Shown piece by piece: positions 22,892-34,399 of a DNA stretch of 64,000 nucleotides (positions are counted from its first letter, which is position 1; every line of letters begins with the position of its first letter). The notes under the pieces are model-generated. The model was given only the letters and a program-made list of their open reading frames with translations, was not told the origin of the DNA and searched no databases. The stretch is taken from the NCBI RefSeq assembly GCF_035084215.1, contig NW_027139559.1, positions 5,518,001 through 5,582,000 on the forward strand. Reading direction: 5' to 3'. A program made the translations under genes and the position numbers. Origin of the DNA: Heptranchias perlo (lineage: Eukaryota).

Positions 22892-24010
22892 GAATCATAG
22901 AATGATACAGCACAAAGGGAGGCCCTTCGGCCCATCGGGCCTATGCCGGATCTTTAAAGCTAGCCAATAGTCCCACTCCCCTACTCTTTCCCCATAGCAC
23001 TGCAAATGCTTTCACTGCAATTAATGATCGAATTCCCTTTTGAAAGTTATTATTGAATCTGCTTCGATCACGCTTTCAGGCAGTGCATTCCAGATCATTC
23101 CAATTCTCTGCTTAAAAAATTCTCCTTATCTCGCCTCCGGTTGTTTTGCCAATTACCTTAAATCTGTGTCCTCTGGTTACCGATTCGCCTGCCGCTGGAA
23201 ACAGTGTTTCTTTATTTACCCTTTCGAAATCTTTCATGATTTTCAACAGCTCGATTAAATCTCCCCTTAACCTTCTCTTCTCTAAGGAGAACAACCCGAG
23301 CTTCTCTAGTTTTTCCACGTAACTGAAATCCCGCATCCCTGGTACCATTCTGGTAAATCTCCTCTGCACCATCTCTAAGGCCTTAATATCCATTATAAAG
23401 TGTGGTGCCTAGAACTGGACACAATACTCCAGCTGAGGCCCAACCAGTGATTTCTGAATGTTCAGCATGATTTCCTGCTTTTGTACTCTGTGCCTCTATT
23501 AATAAAGCCCGGGATCCCATATGCGTGTTTAACAACATTCTTAACTTGGCTTGCGAACTTCGAAGATTTTTGTACATATACCCCGAGGACTCTCTGTTCC
23601 TGCACCCTCGCTAACATTGTACCGGTTTGTATGTGTTGTCTCTCCTCACTTTTCCTACCAAAATGCATCACTTCAAAACCTCTCTGCGATAAATTTAATT
23701 TGCCACGTGTTGGCACATTTCACCAGTCTGTCTATGTCCTCCTAAATTCTGTTAATATCCTCCACATTGATTACGACATTTCCGAGCTTCGTGTCATCTG
23801 CAAATTTTGAAATTACGCCTTGTATACCCATCCATGTCATTAATACATATCTAAAAGAGCAGTGCTCCGAATACGGACCCCTGGAGAGCACCACTGTACA
23901 CTTCCCTCCAGTCTCAAAAACAACCGTTTACCATTGCTCTCTGCTTTCTGTCCCTCAGCCAATTTCGTACCGAGGCAGCCACTGCCCCTTTAATGCGATG
24001 GCCTTCAGTT
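22892..24010 (-). mobile_element. CR1 LINE RT/3' end
   Basis: ORF 23112..23393 contains ALEMVQRRFTRMVPGMRDFSY.EKLEKLGLFSLEKRRLRGDLIE. Confidence 0.9.
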
Positions 24011-24329
24011 GTGTTATGCTATGTACCTTGCATACTTAAGGTATATCTATTTGATTGTATATCTCACGATAAGACATTCAGAGCGCGAAATGTCTATGGG
24101 CCACAGCACATATTGCGAATTCGGCTGGACGCTTCTGAATGATTCATCATTTATCCATTTTGGTCATTGGCAAATTTTGAAGAGCACGTTCCAGAATGGC
24201 TGGAGCCTGATTTTAATAAATTAGCCCCAGTCTTCTGATCTTCCCTGAAAACAATGTGCTCTGTATCTCGCTGTGCTTCTTTCCAACCAACGTGAAACGG
24301 CGCACTCCCAGCCCCTGGTTTTCAGTCCA

Positions 24330-27130
24330 TTGAAATTTGGATTTAGGGATTTTGGAAATGTTATTGAAGAAGTTGCGGAGAAGACTTTTCGGAAGTTCCT
24401 TGGATAAGTATAAATACTAAGAGTAAAGATAAAAATTGGAACCAACTAACCTAAAGATGGGATTAGGTTAGAGATGTAAAAATAAATCTTCTCCAGGAAG
24501 ATGAATGAATCGCAGAGATATTAGATAAGGATTTAGTCTCTGCTTCTACAGAAAAGTGTTTTGATGGGAATGGAAGGGTAGAGCTGGAGGGTGAGGAGAA
24601 GTTACATTGAATAAGTAGAGATAAGTAAGGAGTGCTGAGAAAATTCGTGCAACTCATTCTATCCTAGAATGTTGAGAACAGAGAAAAAGCAAATTGCAGA
24701 TGCTCGGCCCACAAACATTCAAACATCCGAGGATGTGGAACTTGTGTCAGAGGACCGAGGTAATATCTTTATCAAAGCAGGGAGAAAGGTTTACACAGGG
24801 TAAACGTGGGGCCGTCGGCTTACTGTCAGTGGTGGATCATCTTCTATAATCATATTACTGGACAAAATTAACATTCACTTGCAGAGACATCGTTTCATTA
24901 AAGAAAGCTAGCATGGATTTGAAAACGGCAAGTTCTCTCAGACAGATTTAGTTCGACAGTTCTTCGAAGAAATCTACACATTTCCAGGTTCATTTTTGGT
25001 CACTGCACTCAAGGAAGGATAGATTGGCCTTGGAGGGGTTGCAGCGCAGATTCACCAGAATAATACCGGGGCTAAAAGGGTTAAAATATGAGGCAATATT
25101 GCATGGACTAGGCTTGTATTCCCTTGATTATAGAAGATTAATGGGTGATCGAATTAATGTGTTTAAGGTGATTAATATATTTAATAGGGTAGATAGAGAG
25201 AAACTATTGTCTTTGTTGGGGGAATGCAGAACAAGAGGCATGACCTTAAAATTAATGCTACGCCGTGTCAGGAGGTTGATACGATACCACATAATGGGTT
25301 TGTTAATCAAATAAAGTTGTTCATTTTCAATATTCGCAAAGGACTTTGCAGCGGAACCACAACATTAAATTATCAAGGAATAAAAAAAAGGAACAGTAGA
25401 GTATTCTACAGAACGATTAATAACGAAAGGACAGGGTTAGGGCCACAAAGGGAAACATAAGATAAACTCATAGGTAATGGGCAGCGAAATGTCAGAAATA
25501 TTGAATATTTATTTTGCCTCATTATTTACCAGGGAGATAAAAAGATAAAACAAAATAAGACATTTAAAATAGAAAGGGGGAGATAATTGATCAACTAATC
25601 AAGCATAGAGAGGATCAAACCCCCGGTCCGTATGGATTTCATCTGCTCATAATAAAATAAGTTAGGGAAGAGGTAGCAGACGCACTATTACATGTACATA
25701 AAATTCATTAGAAAAGGGAATAGTGCCAGAAGACTGGTGGACGGCTAATGTGAAAACTATATTTAAAAAAGAAGATTAGAACAAGTCCAGGGAATTATAG
25801 ACCAGTTAGCATAACGTCGGTGATAGGAAAGATAATGAAATCTTTGCTCAAAGATGTAATAGAAAAACATCTAGGAAACGAAAATATAATGAAGAATAGT
25901 CAGAAAGCAAAGACATGCTTGACCAACCTTACTGAATTGTTTGAAGAAGTAACAGGAAGGTTAGACAAGGGGTAATTTAGTAGATGGAATATGTTTGGAT
26001 TTTCAAAAGGCATTCGATACTGTAGTGCATTGCAGATTCATCTGATGTCATAACATGTGGAGTCAGGGAACAGGTAGCAGAATGGATAGCAAGCTGGCTA
26101 CAAATTAGAAAACAGAGAGATTGGTTTAACGGTAGCTGCTCAGAATGGCAGACGTTGGGAAGTGGCTTTTCACATGGATCAGTGCTCGGGCCACAGTTGC
26201 TGACAATTTCTATTAACAATTTGGACCGGGAATCAGGGGGTGTAGTTAATTCGAAGGAAGAATACGTCAGGTTGCAAGAAGACATTACTAAACTTGCAGA
26301 ATGGGCGTGTAATTGGCAAATGAATTTCAATATATTTAATTGTGAAGTGGTGCATTTTGTTTGGGAGAATAAGCAGGACATATACTGCCTGGATAGAAAG
26401 AGTTAAAATGGGGTAGACGAGCAACGGGATCTCGGGGTACAGGTATACAAATCAGCAAAAGAGGCGACGCATGTTTATAAGCCCATAAAAAATGCAAACC
26501 AAGCACTGGGTTCATTTCTAGAGGAATAGAATTGAAAAGGTGTGACGTTTAGTTAAACTTGTATAGAACTTTGCTTTTACCACACTTTGAGTACTGTGTA
26601 CAGTTATGGTCTCCATATTATAAAAATATATAGAGGCATTGAAGAAGGTGTATCAAAAGATTCAGAAGAATGATTCCAGAACTGAGAGAACATACCTGTC
26701 AAGAAAGATTGAACAGGCTGGGGCTGTTTTTTTCTGGAAATTGAAAGGTTCAGGGTGACCTGATTGAGATCTTTTAGGTAATGAAAGTGTTTGAAAGATT
26801 AATCGTAGAGAAAATGTTTCCACTTGTGGGGGAGTCCAAAATCAGACATCATAAATATAAGATTATCACTAATAAATCCAATGGGTAATTCAGGAGAAAC
26901 TTCATTCCCCAATGAGTGATTAGAATGTGGAACGCGCTACCACAAGGAGTATTTGAGCTAAATAGCACAGATGCATTTAAATGGAAGCGAGATAAATACA
27001 GGAGGGAGAAAGGAATAGAAGGATATGCTGATGGGGTGAGATGAAGTAGGGAGGGAGGAGGCTCGTGTGAAGCATAAATTCAGACATAGACATGTTGGGC
27101 TGAATGGCCTGTTTCTCTGCTGTAGTCACG
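24330..27130 (+). mobile_element. Cluster of nested CR1 LINE fragments
   Basis: LQRRFTRIIPG (25024), GNYRPVS and DFQKAFD remnants, HGSVLGPQL...WQMNFN (26155), and a 3' UTR near 27100. Confidence 0.85.
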
Positions 27131-27367
27131 ATATTCCTCGATGATTTCAGCAACCTCAGACAGTTTAGTTGATTGGGCATGTAACACGCCACATGAACAC
27201 AAAGAAAAGAGGTAACGCTAAATTTTAAAAATCATTGCTTTGGCCAAAGGTGAAGATTGTGTACAGTTTCGGTGCCTTAATTTACCTAGGATGTCAAGGC
27301 CACGGAGAGGGTGCAGAAGAGAATCACCGAGATTATGCCAAGGATGAGAGGCTTTAGCTATGAGAAG

Positions 27368-28235
27368 AACATAACAAAAACAACAAGTATTTAGATAGCG
27401 TCTTTAACGGAGTAAAACGTCCCAAGGCGCTTCACAGGGACGTTAACAAACAAAATTTGTCACCGAGTCGCATAAGGGATATTGGGACAAATGAACAAAA
27501 GCCTTCTCAAAGAGAAAGATTTTAAGGAGCGTCTTAAAAAGGAGAGAGGGAGAGAGGCGGAGAGGTTTAGCGAGACAATTCCAGAAATTAAGGCCTGGGC
27601 TGCTGAATGCACGGCCACCAATTGTGGGGCGATGGAAATCGGGGATGAGCAAGAGGCCAGAATTCAAGGATCGCAAAGATTTCGGAGGGTTGTAGGGCTG
27701 GAGACGGTTACAGAGATAGAGAGAGGAGAGGCGATGGAGTGATTTGTGAACAAGGTTGAGAATTCTAGGGCTGGAGAACGTTGCAGAGATAGGGAGGGGC
27801 GAGGCTATGGAAGGATTTGACCACAAGGATGAGCATTTTAAGTTCGAGGTGTTGCTGGACTGGGAGACAATGTAGGTCAGTGAGCAAAGGGGTGACGGGT
27901 GAACGGGAGTTGGAGCGAGTTAGGATACGATCAGCAGAGTTCTGTATGAGCTCATGTTTACGGAGAGTAGAAGGTGGCAGGCCGGCCAGGAGAGCATTGG
28001 AATTGTCGAGTACAGAGGTAACAAAAACATGGATGAAGGTTTCAGCAGCAGATGGGCCGAGGCAGGGGCGGAGACTGGGGACGTGATGGAGGTGGAAGTA
28101 GGCGGACTGGTGATGGAGTGGATACGGGGTCGGAAGCTCAGATCAGTGAGAAATGGGACGTGGAGGTTTCGAGCGGTTTGGTTCAGTCCCTGATCGTGGC
28201 CAGGGAGGGTGATAGAGTCGGTGGGAAAGGAACGG
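27368..28235 (-). mobile_element. L2 LINE 3' portion inserted in a CR1 fragment
   Basis: ORF 27443..27826 has KSLH.LS..YL..LQPY.P..SLRS...GGRAFS...FWN.L...FKTLLK..LF, the L2 ORF2 C-terminus, and a (TTG)-rich tail. Confidence 0.85.
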
Positions 28236-28310
28236 AGAGAAACGTGGGCTATTTTCTTGAGAACCAGAAAGTGAAGAGGCAGTAAAATTGTAACTGTTTT
28301 TGATAAGCCA

Positions 28311-28710
28311 CATGGAGAAAAACTCTTTGCCGCGGTCGATAACTAGCGGGTATGAATTTAAATGCAAAATAAACTATTTACTTTGGTCGATAACTGGTGG
28401 CTATATTTTTAAATGGAGAGAAACTATTTACCGTGGGCTATAACTAGTGGGTATAAGTTTAAATTGAGAGAAAATGTTTACTGTGGTCGATACCTAGTGG
28501 GTATAAGTTTAAATGGAGAGAAACTATTTACCGTGGGCTATAACTAGTGGGTATAAGTTTAAATGGACGGAAACTATTTGCCGTGGTTTATAACTAGAGG
28601 GTATAAGTTTAAATTGAGAGAAACTATTTACCGTGGTCGATACCTAGTGGGTATAGGTTTAAATGCAGGGAAACTATTTGACGTGGTTTATAACTAGTGG
28701 GTATAAGTTT
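28311..28710. repeat. Tandem repeat, 8 x 50 bp
   Basis: Unit ATGGAGAGAAACTATTTACCGTGGGCTATAACTAGTGGGTATAAGTTTAA. Confidence 0.93.
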
Positions 28711-29753
28711 GAGATCATCAGCCAAAGATGAATGGAGATATTTGGAGATTTATTTTTATTTTGGAGATGGTTGTCAGGACACGGACCATCCTACCATAAA
28801 CAATGCTGTTTGCAGAATCATGGTATCATAGTAGGTACAACACAGGGGAGGACATTCTGCCCACTGTGTCTCTGCTGGCTCTTTGAAAGAGCTATCCAAT
28901 TAGTCCCATGTCTCTGCTCTTCCCCGTACCCCTGGAAATTAAGTTAAAAGGAAGTAGGCAAATATTGAGAAAGAATGTACCGGGAAAGAACAGGGGAATC
29001 GGACTGCGCACATCCAGCCCTGATTATCGCCCCCTAAAGGTGAATAGATATCAAATCACAGGCCGGGAATCTACAATTTCCCCATGTACTCTCCCGGCGT
29101 GAGCCATGGGCGGGCCAGCGGAATTTCCACTGGGAAGCGGATAGCTCTTCCACAGAGCCCGCAGTGGCGCGATGGGCCGAATGAATCCTTCAGTGCTGTA
29201 AAATATTTAAATTCTATCGCTCCTTCACCTGACATTACCAAAACCACTGCTGTCTCTGACCTCTGATGTTACAAACTCGTTGCTGCAATCGTCTTGAAAT
29301 CCAAACAACTCCTTCCTTAAGAAACGCCTATTGCAAAATATTTCCCGGCAAAGTGACGACATGAAGCTGCTCCATCCCCAGGAAAATTAAAGCATGTTAC
29401 TGGTAACAATAATCGATGTACATTTAAAATCTGACTGTCACTACACACCACTGGACAGTATAGATATTTTCCTTAAAATACATTGATCATTATTCACTCC
29501 GAAATTAACAAGTGATAAGAACATTATTTGAATGTTCGTTCATGACCGGAACTCATTTATCCCAACACGCCCACTGTAATATCAGCACATTTAAACCCAG
29601 CTTCAATGCATCCATGTGTGTTTAATTTGACAGTGTCCGTGGCTGCGAGCAACGTGATACTGACCAGATAATCTGTTTTTAGGTGTTGGTTGAGGAATAA
29701 GTATTGGCCAGGACTCGATATAAACGGTTTAATTGTCATTGTAATTTTCTCAG

Positions 29754-30071
29754 TACAACTTACTCCACCGATCATCAGTCTCCTCTACTCTGCAAGTGAC
29801 GAACTGACAGCAAAGGGTTTTGTGCAACTGGTTTGCCTCATCAGCGAATATCAGCCAGAAAGCATTGCAGTGAGCTGGCAGAAAAACGGAAACGCTGTAC
29901 AATCGGGCTTTACAACCACATCCCCAGTTAAAAATTCGAATGGTGATTTTAGCTCCACGAGTCTCCTTAAAGTCACCCTGCAGGAATGGAACAGCGGGTC
30001 TCTTTACAGCTGCCAAGTGTCCCATTCTGCAACCAACAGTAACCAGCAGAAAGACATTAGAAAAACATCAG
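29754..30071 (+). CDS. IgNAR: IgNAR C1 exon
   Basis: TTTTCTCAG| (V)QLTPPIISLLYSASDELTAKGFVQLVCLISEYQPESIAVSWQKN...YSCQVSHSATNSNQQKDIRKTS G|GTGAG. 318 nt, phase 1-1, C1-set Ig domain. Confidence 0.96.
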
Positions 30072-30856
30072 GTGAGAAAATGCAACCAAATTCACAAGCT
30101 TGCACAGGTGAAACATGTTGACTTTCTTTCTCAGTATTGGATTAGTTGGGATGTTATTGTGATAATTTATCTGTGCCAGCTTATGGTGCAGTGAGACAGT
30201 AAAGATAGTTGGGGATGTTTCAGCAGCAATGGCTGAGGTTCCTGAAGGTGCTCGCTGCCAGGCGGATGTTGCAAAAGGCATGACTATGAGATCTTGACAA
30301 ATACATGAATATTATTCTATGGTCAGGGTAACACATTGATCAAACACTTTTATGATATTGCAAGCAATTTACAAATAATTGTGATACATCCTATTTAATT
30401 AATTCACCAGATCAATCCACAGGAAACAGAGCAGAAATGTATGTTTTACACACTAGGGATCAAACTTTAACAATGCGGTTCTGTTACTTTTTACATTTGT
30501 GAGGATTTATTGTGTGTGATACTGGATATCAGTACAAAAATGTGTTTTAAAAAATGAAACGGGTGAGAGACGGACGGAGATAGAAACGAGAAAAGCAGAA
30601 AGAAAGAGGGAGAGATAGACAGAGAGGAGGTGCTGTCTAAAGATTGAACCCACAGATACGGTCACAAAACCCGCAACAATAAGCGGTTCTTCCTTTTAAA
30701 AAAAATGTTTAAAAGACACGGGTAAGGGCCGGGGAATACGACTAAGTGGATAGCACATTCAGAGAGCTAGCAGACACGATGAACCGAATGGCCCTCTGAG
30801 CTGTAGAATTCAGTCAATCTTTCTCTCTTTCTTTCTCTCCCTCTCTCTCTCTCTCT

Positions 30857-31035
30857 GTCATGATGTGGAGATGCCGGTGATGGACACGGCTGGACAAATG
30901 TAAGGACTTGCACAACATCAGTTTATAGTCCACCAGTTTTATTTTAAATCACAAGCTTTCGGAGCTTACCTCCTTCGTCAGGTGACGAAAATAAAACTGT
31001 TGGACTTTCACCTGGTGTTGTGCAAGTCCTTACAT
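30857..31035 (-). mobile_element. Penelope-like element terminal fragment with 48-bp inverted repeat
   Basis: Arms 30898-30945 and 30988-31035 are near-perfect reverse complements enclosing a hammerhead motif. The inverted-terminus plus hammerhead architecture is typical of Penelope-like elements. Confidence 0.7.
30949..30985 (-). ncRNA. Minimal type I hammerhead ribozyme motif
   Basis: Minus strand reads UCAC-CUGACGA-A-GGAG-GUAAG-CUCC-GAAA-GCUU-GUGA. This gives stem I UCAC/GUGA, the conserved CUGANGA and GAAA boxes, stem II GGAG/CUCC, a palindromic AAGCUU minimal stem III, and NUH site CUU. Confidence 0.75.
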
Positions 31036-31611
31036 CTCTCTCTGCTGTCTCTCTCTGTGCCTCTCTATCTCTGTCCCTCTCTCTCTCTCTCTCTGTCTGT
31101 ATCTCTCTCTCGCTCTGCTGTCTCTCAATATCTGTCTCTCTCAATTTGTCTCTGTTCCTTTCTCTCTCTGTGTCCCTTTCTCTCTCTCTGTGTCCCCCTT
31201 TCTCCGTCTCTCTCTGTCTTGCTCTCTCACCCTGTTTCTCTCTAACTGTTCGCCTGTCTCTTCCTTTTTCTTTCTCTCTGTCCTTCTCTCTCTGATTCTC
31301 TCTATCAGTCTATTTCCCTGCCTCTCTCCCTATCTGTCTGTCACGCTCTGTCTCTCCATGTCCCTCTCTCTCTGTCTCTTGTTTCTCTCTCTCTCTCTTA
31401 GTTTCGTTGAGTTGTACATAGTTTTGATTCGACTCAACATACGCGCAAACACCAAAATTATTTTTAAAAATTCAATAATAATCAGTAAGATACATGGTCA
31501 CACCTTGCCGTGTTATGGATTATCAATGAAATTAAAATCCTTGTTAAATTTCCGAAATCATCAACACTAAATCATCGCCCCGATTCTGAATCTCTCGTTT
31601 CTCACTGACAG

Positions 31612-31914
31612 AGCTCGCGGTATTTCTCAGAGACCCTTCCGTTGTCGAAGTTTGGCTCAATAAAACTGCCACCCTGGTGTGTGAAGTGGTCTCTACGGTT
31701 CCCACGGAGGTTACCATTTCTTGGACAGTGGGTGGAAAGATAAAGAATGAAGGAGTTCAAATTGAACCAGCTCAAAAGGATGGAAACCAATACCTGACCA
31801 TCAGCCACTTGACCAGCAGCGTGGAAGAGTGGGATAGCGGGGTTGAATACTCGTGTTCGGCACAACAGGATCAATCATCTCCTCCGGTATTAAAACGAAT
31901 CGGAAAGACAAGAG
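31612..31914 (+). CDS. IgNAR: IgNAR C2 exon
   Basis: CTGACAG| (E)LAVFLRDPSVVEVWLNKTATLVCEVVSTVPTEVTISW...YSCSAQQDQSSPPVLKRIGKTR G|GTGAG. 303 nt, phase 1-1. Confidence 0.95.
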
Positions 31915-31990
31915 GTGAGTTAAATAACTTTTGACATGATTTCGGATGGCAATGGATGGAAGACTAACACTTGTTGAACTTCCGTTACAG

Positions 31991-32308
31991 TCGAGCCAAT
32001 GAAGCCAAAGCTCCGCCTCCTTCCTCCATCACCAGAGGAGAGTCAAAGTAGGAGCGCCCCGACTCTCACATGTCTGATAACAGGATTCTACCCTGACAAC
32101 ATAATCGTTTCCTGGGAGAAGGACGGAGCGGCTATAAGCGCGAACGTTACCAGTTTCCCCAGTGCTCTTGAACAGGACCTAACCTTCAGCACAAGGAGCA
32201 ATCTCATTTTGCCTTCAGAGGAATGGAAGAAAGGATCAAGATACACCTGTACCGCCTCACATCCGCCTTCACAATCCGGCGTGAAGGCGACCATCCGCAA
32301 TCTGGAAG
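31991..32308 (+). CDS. IgNAR: IgNAR C3 exon
   Basis: GTTACAG| (V)EPMKPKLRLLPPSPEE...TLTCLITGFYPDNIIVSWEKDG...YTCTASHPPSQSGVKATIRNLE G|GTACGG. 318 nt, preceded by a 76-nt intron from C2. Confidence 0.95.
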
Positions 32309-33074
32309 GTACGGACAGTTTTTCAAAATACTTTCACACAATAATGATTTTTACTTAAATCTAAGTCCAAACCCGAACCACACACGCACTAGCGATCACA
32401 TCCCTCTAGGTTACAGATATAACAACATTTATGGCTATCAATTAATGCGCCTTTAATTCACAGGCAGCAATTGGATGATAAAATGATCAGCACTCTGAAT
32501 GTGTTCGCCGCCACAAGCTATGTGAGGACCCAATAGTAAGAAGGGGCAGGATAAGGATCTATTTAACCTCACTGCACGGTACCCTGGTGATTGTGGGCTT
32601 TCATTAAACAACAATATGCAGTATCTGAAGACACTAAATCCACTTTTCACCGGACAGAGTGTTCCATACTATGTGGGGAGAAGACTTTGAGTGGTGTTTA
32701 CTTCACTCTGCACTGCCTGGTTTAGGTTTAGCTGGACACTGAGTGGTTGCCAGCAGCGAAATTCAAGACAAAAAAACAGCCATTTCACAGGGCACCCAAC
32801 CAATTGATGTGAGGAACATTGTACATTTCAAGTGTTCAAATCTTCTGAACCGCCAGCGCTATACGTTAGAGGAGGAGACAAATAATGTGTTAACTGACTG
32901 AACCCAATGATGTGACCTTTTGTTTTGATGAGTGTAAACTCCGCTCGTGTGATTAGTTTGTTTCATCTCTAATTGTTTTTGTTCAATCAAATTGACTCAT
33001 TTGCTCAATAACTGGCCCAGCACCACCGTGCTCGGGATGGGGAAACTTTTAAACTTCTCTAAATCTTTGTTTGG

Positions 33075-33760
33075 ATCCCCGATTACTGCTGAGTTCGTTG
33101 ATCTCACCTGGTGGCGTTCGGGACCTTCTAATCAGACTTAGTGTCCATAGATTTGTGAAGTGGCAATAGCGCATTGTTCTGCTCCTGGTCTATGGTAAGT
33201 GCGTGTATGGTCACTCTGGGAACAACAAGATAGGAGTTGCCTGCGATGCCCTCACTGTACAATGGCCTACTGATACTGCATAGGAGGACTCAGGAAGTAT
33301 AGACCATTGGATGAGGTACCGGAGGGCAACCTATAGTTCTCATACACCAGTGAGGAAAAGAGGGGATATAATAGCAAACACTGTTATTAGACTCAAACTC
33401 GGGCTCCTCCGATTGGTAAGCAGCTGTACACTATAATGGCCCTGTACACTAAGAAGTTCCCGTGTTTCACCTCCCGATCTTCACTGAGTTAACTGATCTC
33501 AACTGGTAGATTTTTGGAAGTTACGGTGGACTACGCACATCCGGGTTACTGTGCATACACCCGTTCTTGTTTCTTCCTCCAATTGGGGGAGACCTAGTTG
33601 AAATCGGGGTGTTCACACCTCTGCTGACGGCAGGATTGGACTGGGCTCTGTTGCTTCCACCGTAGAGTAGGCTGTTGAATCGCACTCTTTCTGCTGATTC
33701 ACGAAGAATGGCCACTTGAGAGATACTCAAGGTGACCTTCCTCTGTGAAGCCTGTACCGG
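33075..33760 (+). mobile_element. Two ancient SINE-like remnants
   Basis: Shared degenerate motifs CTGAGTT(CG/AA)(T/C)TGATCTCA(C/A)CTGGT and similar downstream blocks at ~33090 and ~33485. Family not identified. Confidence 0.35.
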
Positions 33761-34399
33761 ATTAGTAATAAAACACCGACATTTATTTCCCACCTTTAAG
33801 CGCCTCATACCGTTTCACAGAGTTTTAAGGAAAACAATCACCAATAAGGGGAGATTATGAGGTGTGACCAAAATCTTGTTGGGTTTGGAGGAAGGTCTGA
33901 AAGTGGGAGCAGGAGGAGAAAAGGCGGAGAGGATTAAGGAGGAAAGTTCAGCGCGGGACCTGGGACCTAATCAAGGTATCACCACCTTCCGTATGTATGA
34001 AAATAGTCTTGTCCGTTTTGTTATTTCTAGTCCTATTCCCGGATCATTAGATTTCCACAGAATGTTCAGCGGCCTGAAGTTCACCCAACACCTACACGGT
34101 TTATTTCAGCAACTCAGGTGAATGAGAGTCAGAGTAAAAGAACATCGTTACAACTACAATCACCACACTTGTTGCTGCTATAAGAACTTCTGTACGTTTT
34201 CACTCAATCTTTGGCTCCCTCAGATATCAAGGTTAATCCCTGAATTATGCCTTTTGATTGTCGCTCAATTCTGACCACTCCAAAAACAGTCTTTGACAAA
34301 TGCGAAAATGTCAGTTGACTTTTCCGTGATTTATTACATGAAGCAGCAGCGGATCGACGCTACAATGTTGTGGAGAAGTACAAATAATTATCCTCCTGG

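Larger units (their letters stand above)
30820..31398. repeat. (CT)n/(CTGT)n-rich microsatellite interrupted by a Penelope-like insertion
   Basis: Direct reading of low-complexity pyrimidine tract. Confidence 0.95.

Noticed and set aside
30944-31570. Ser/Leu- and Arg/Glu-rich ORFs
   Set aside because: Translations of the (CT)n microsatellite.
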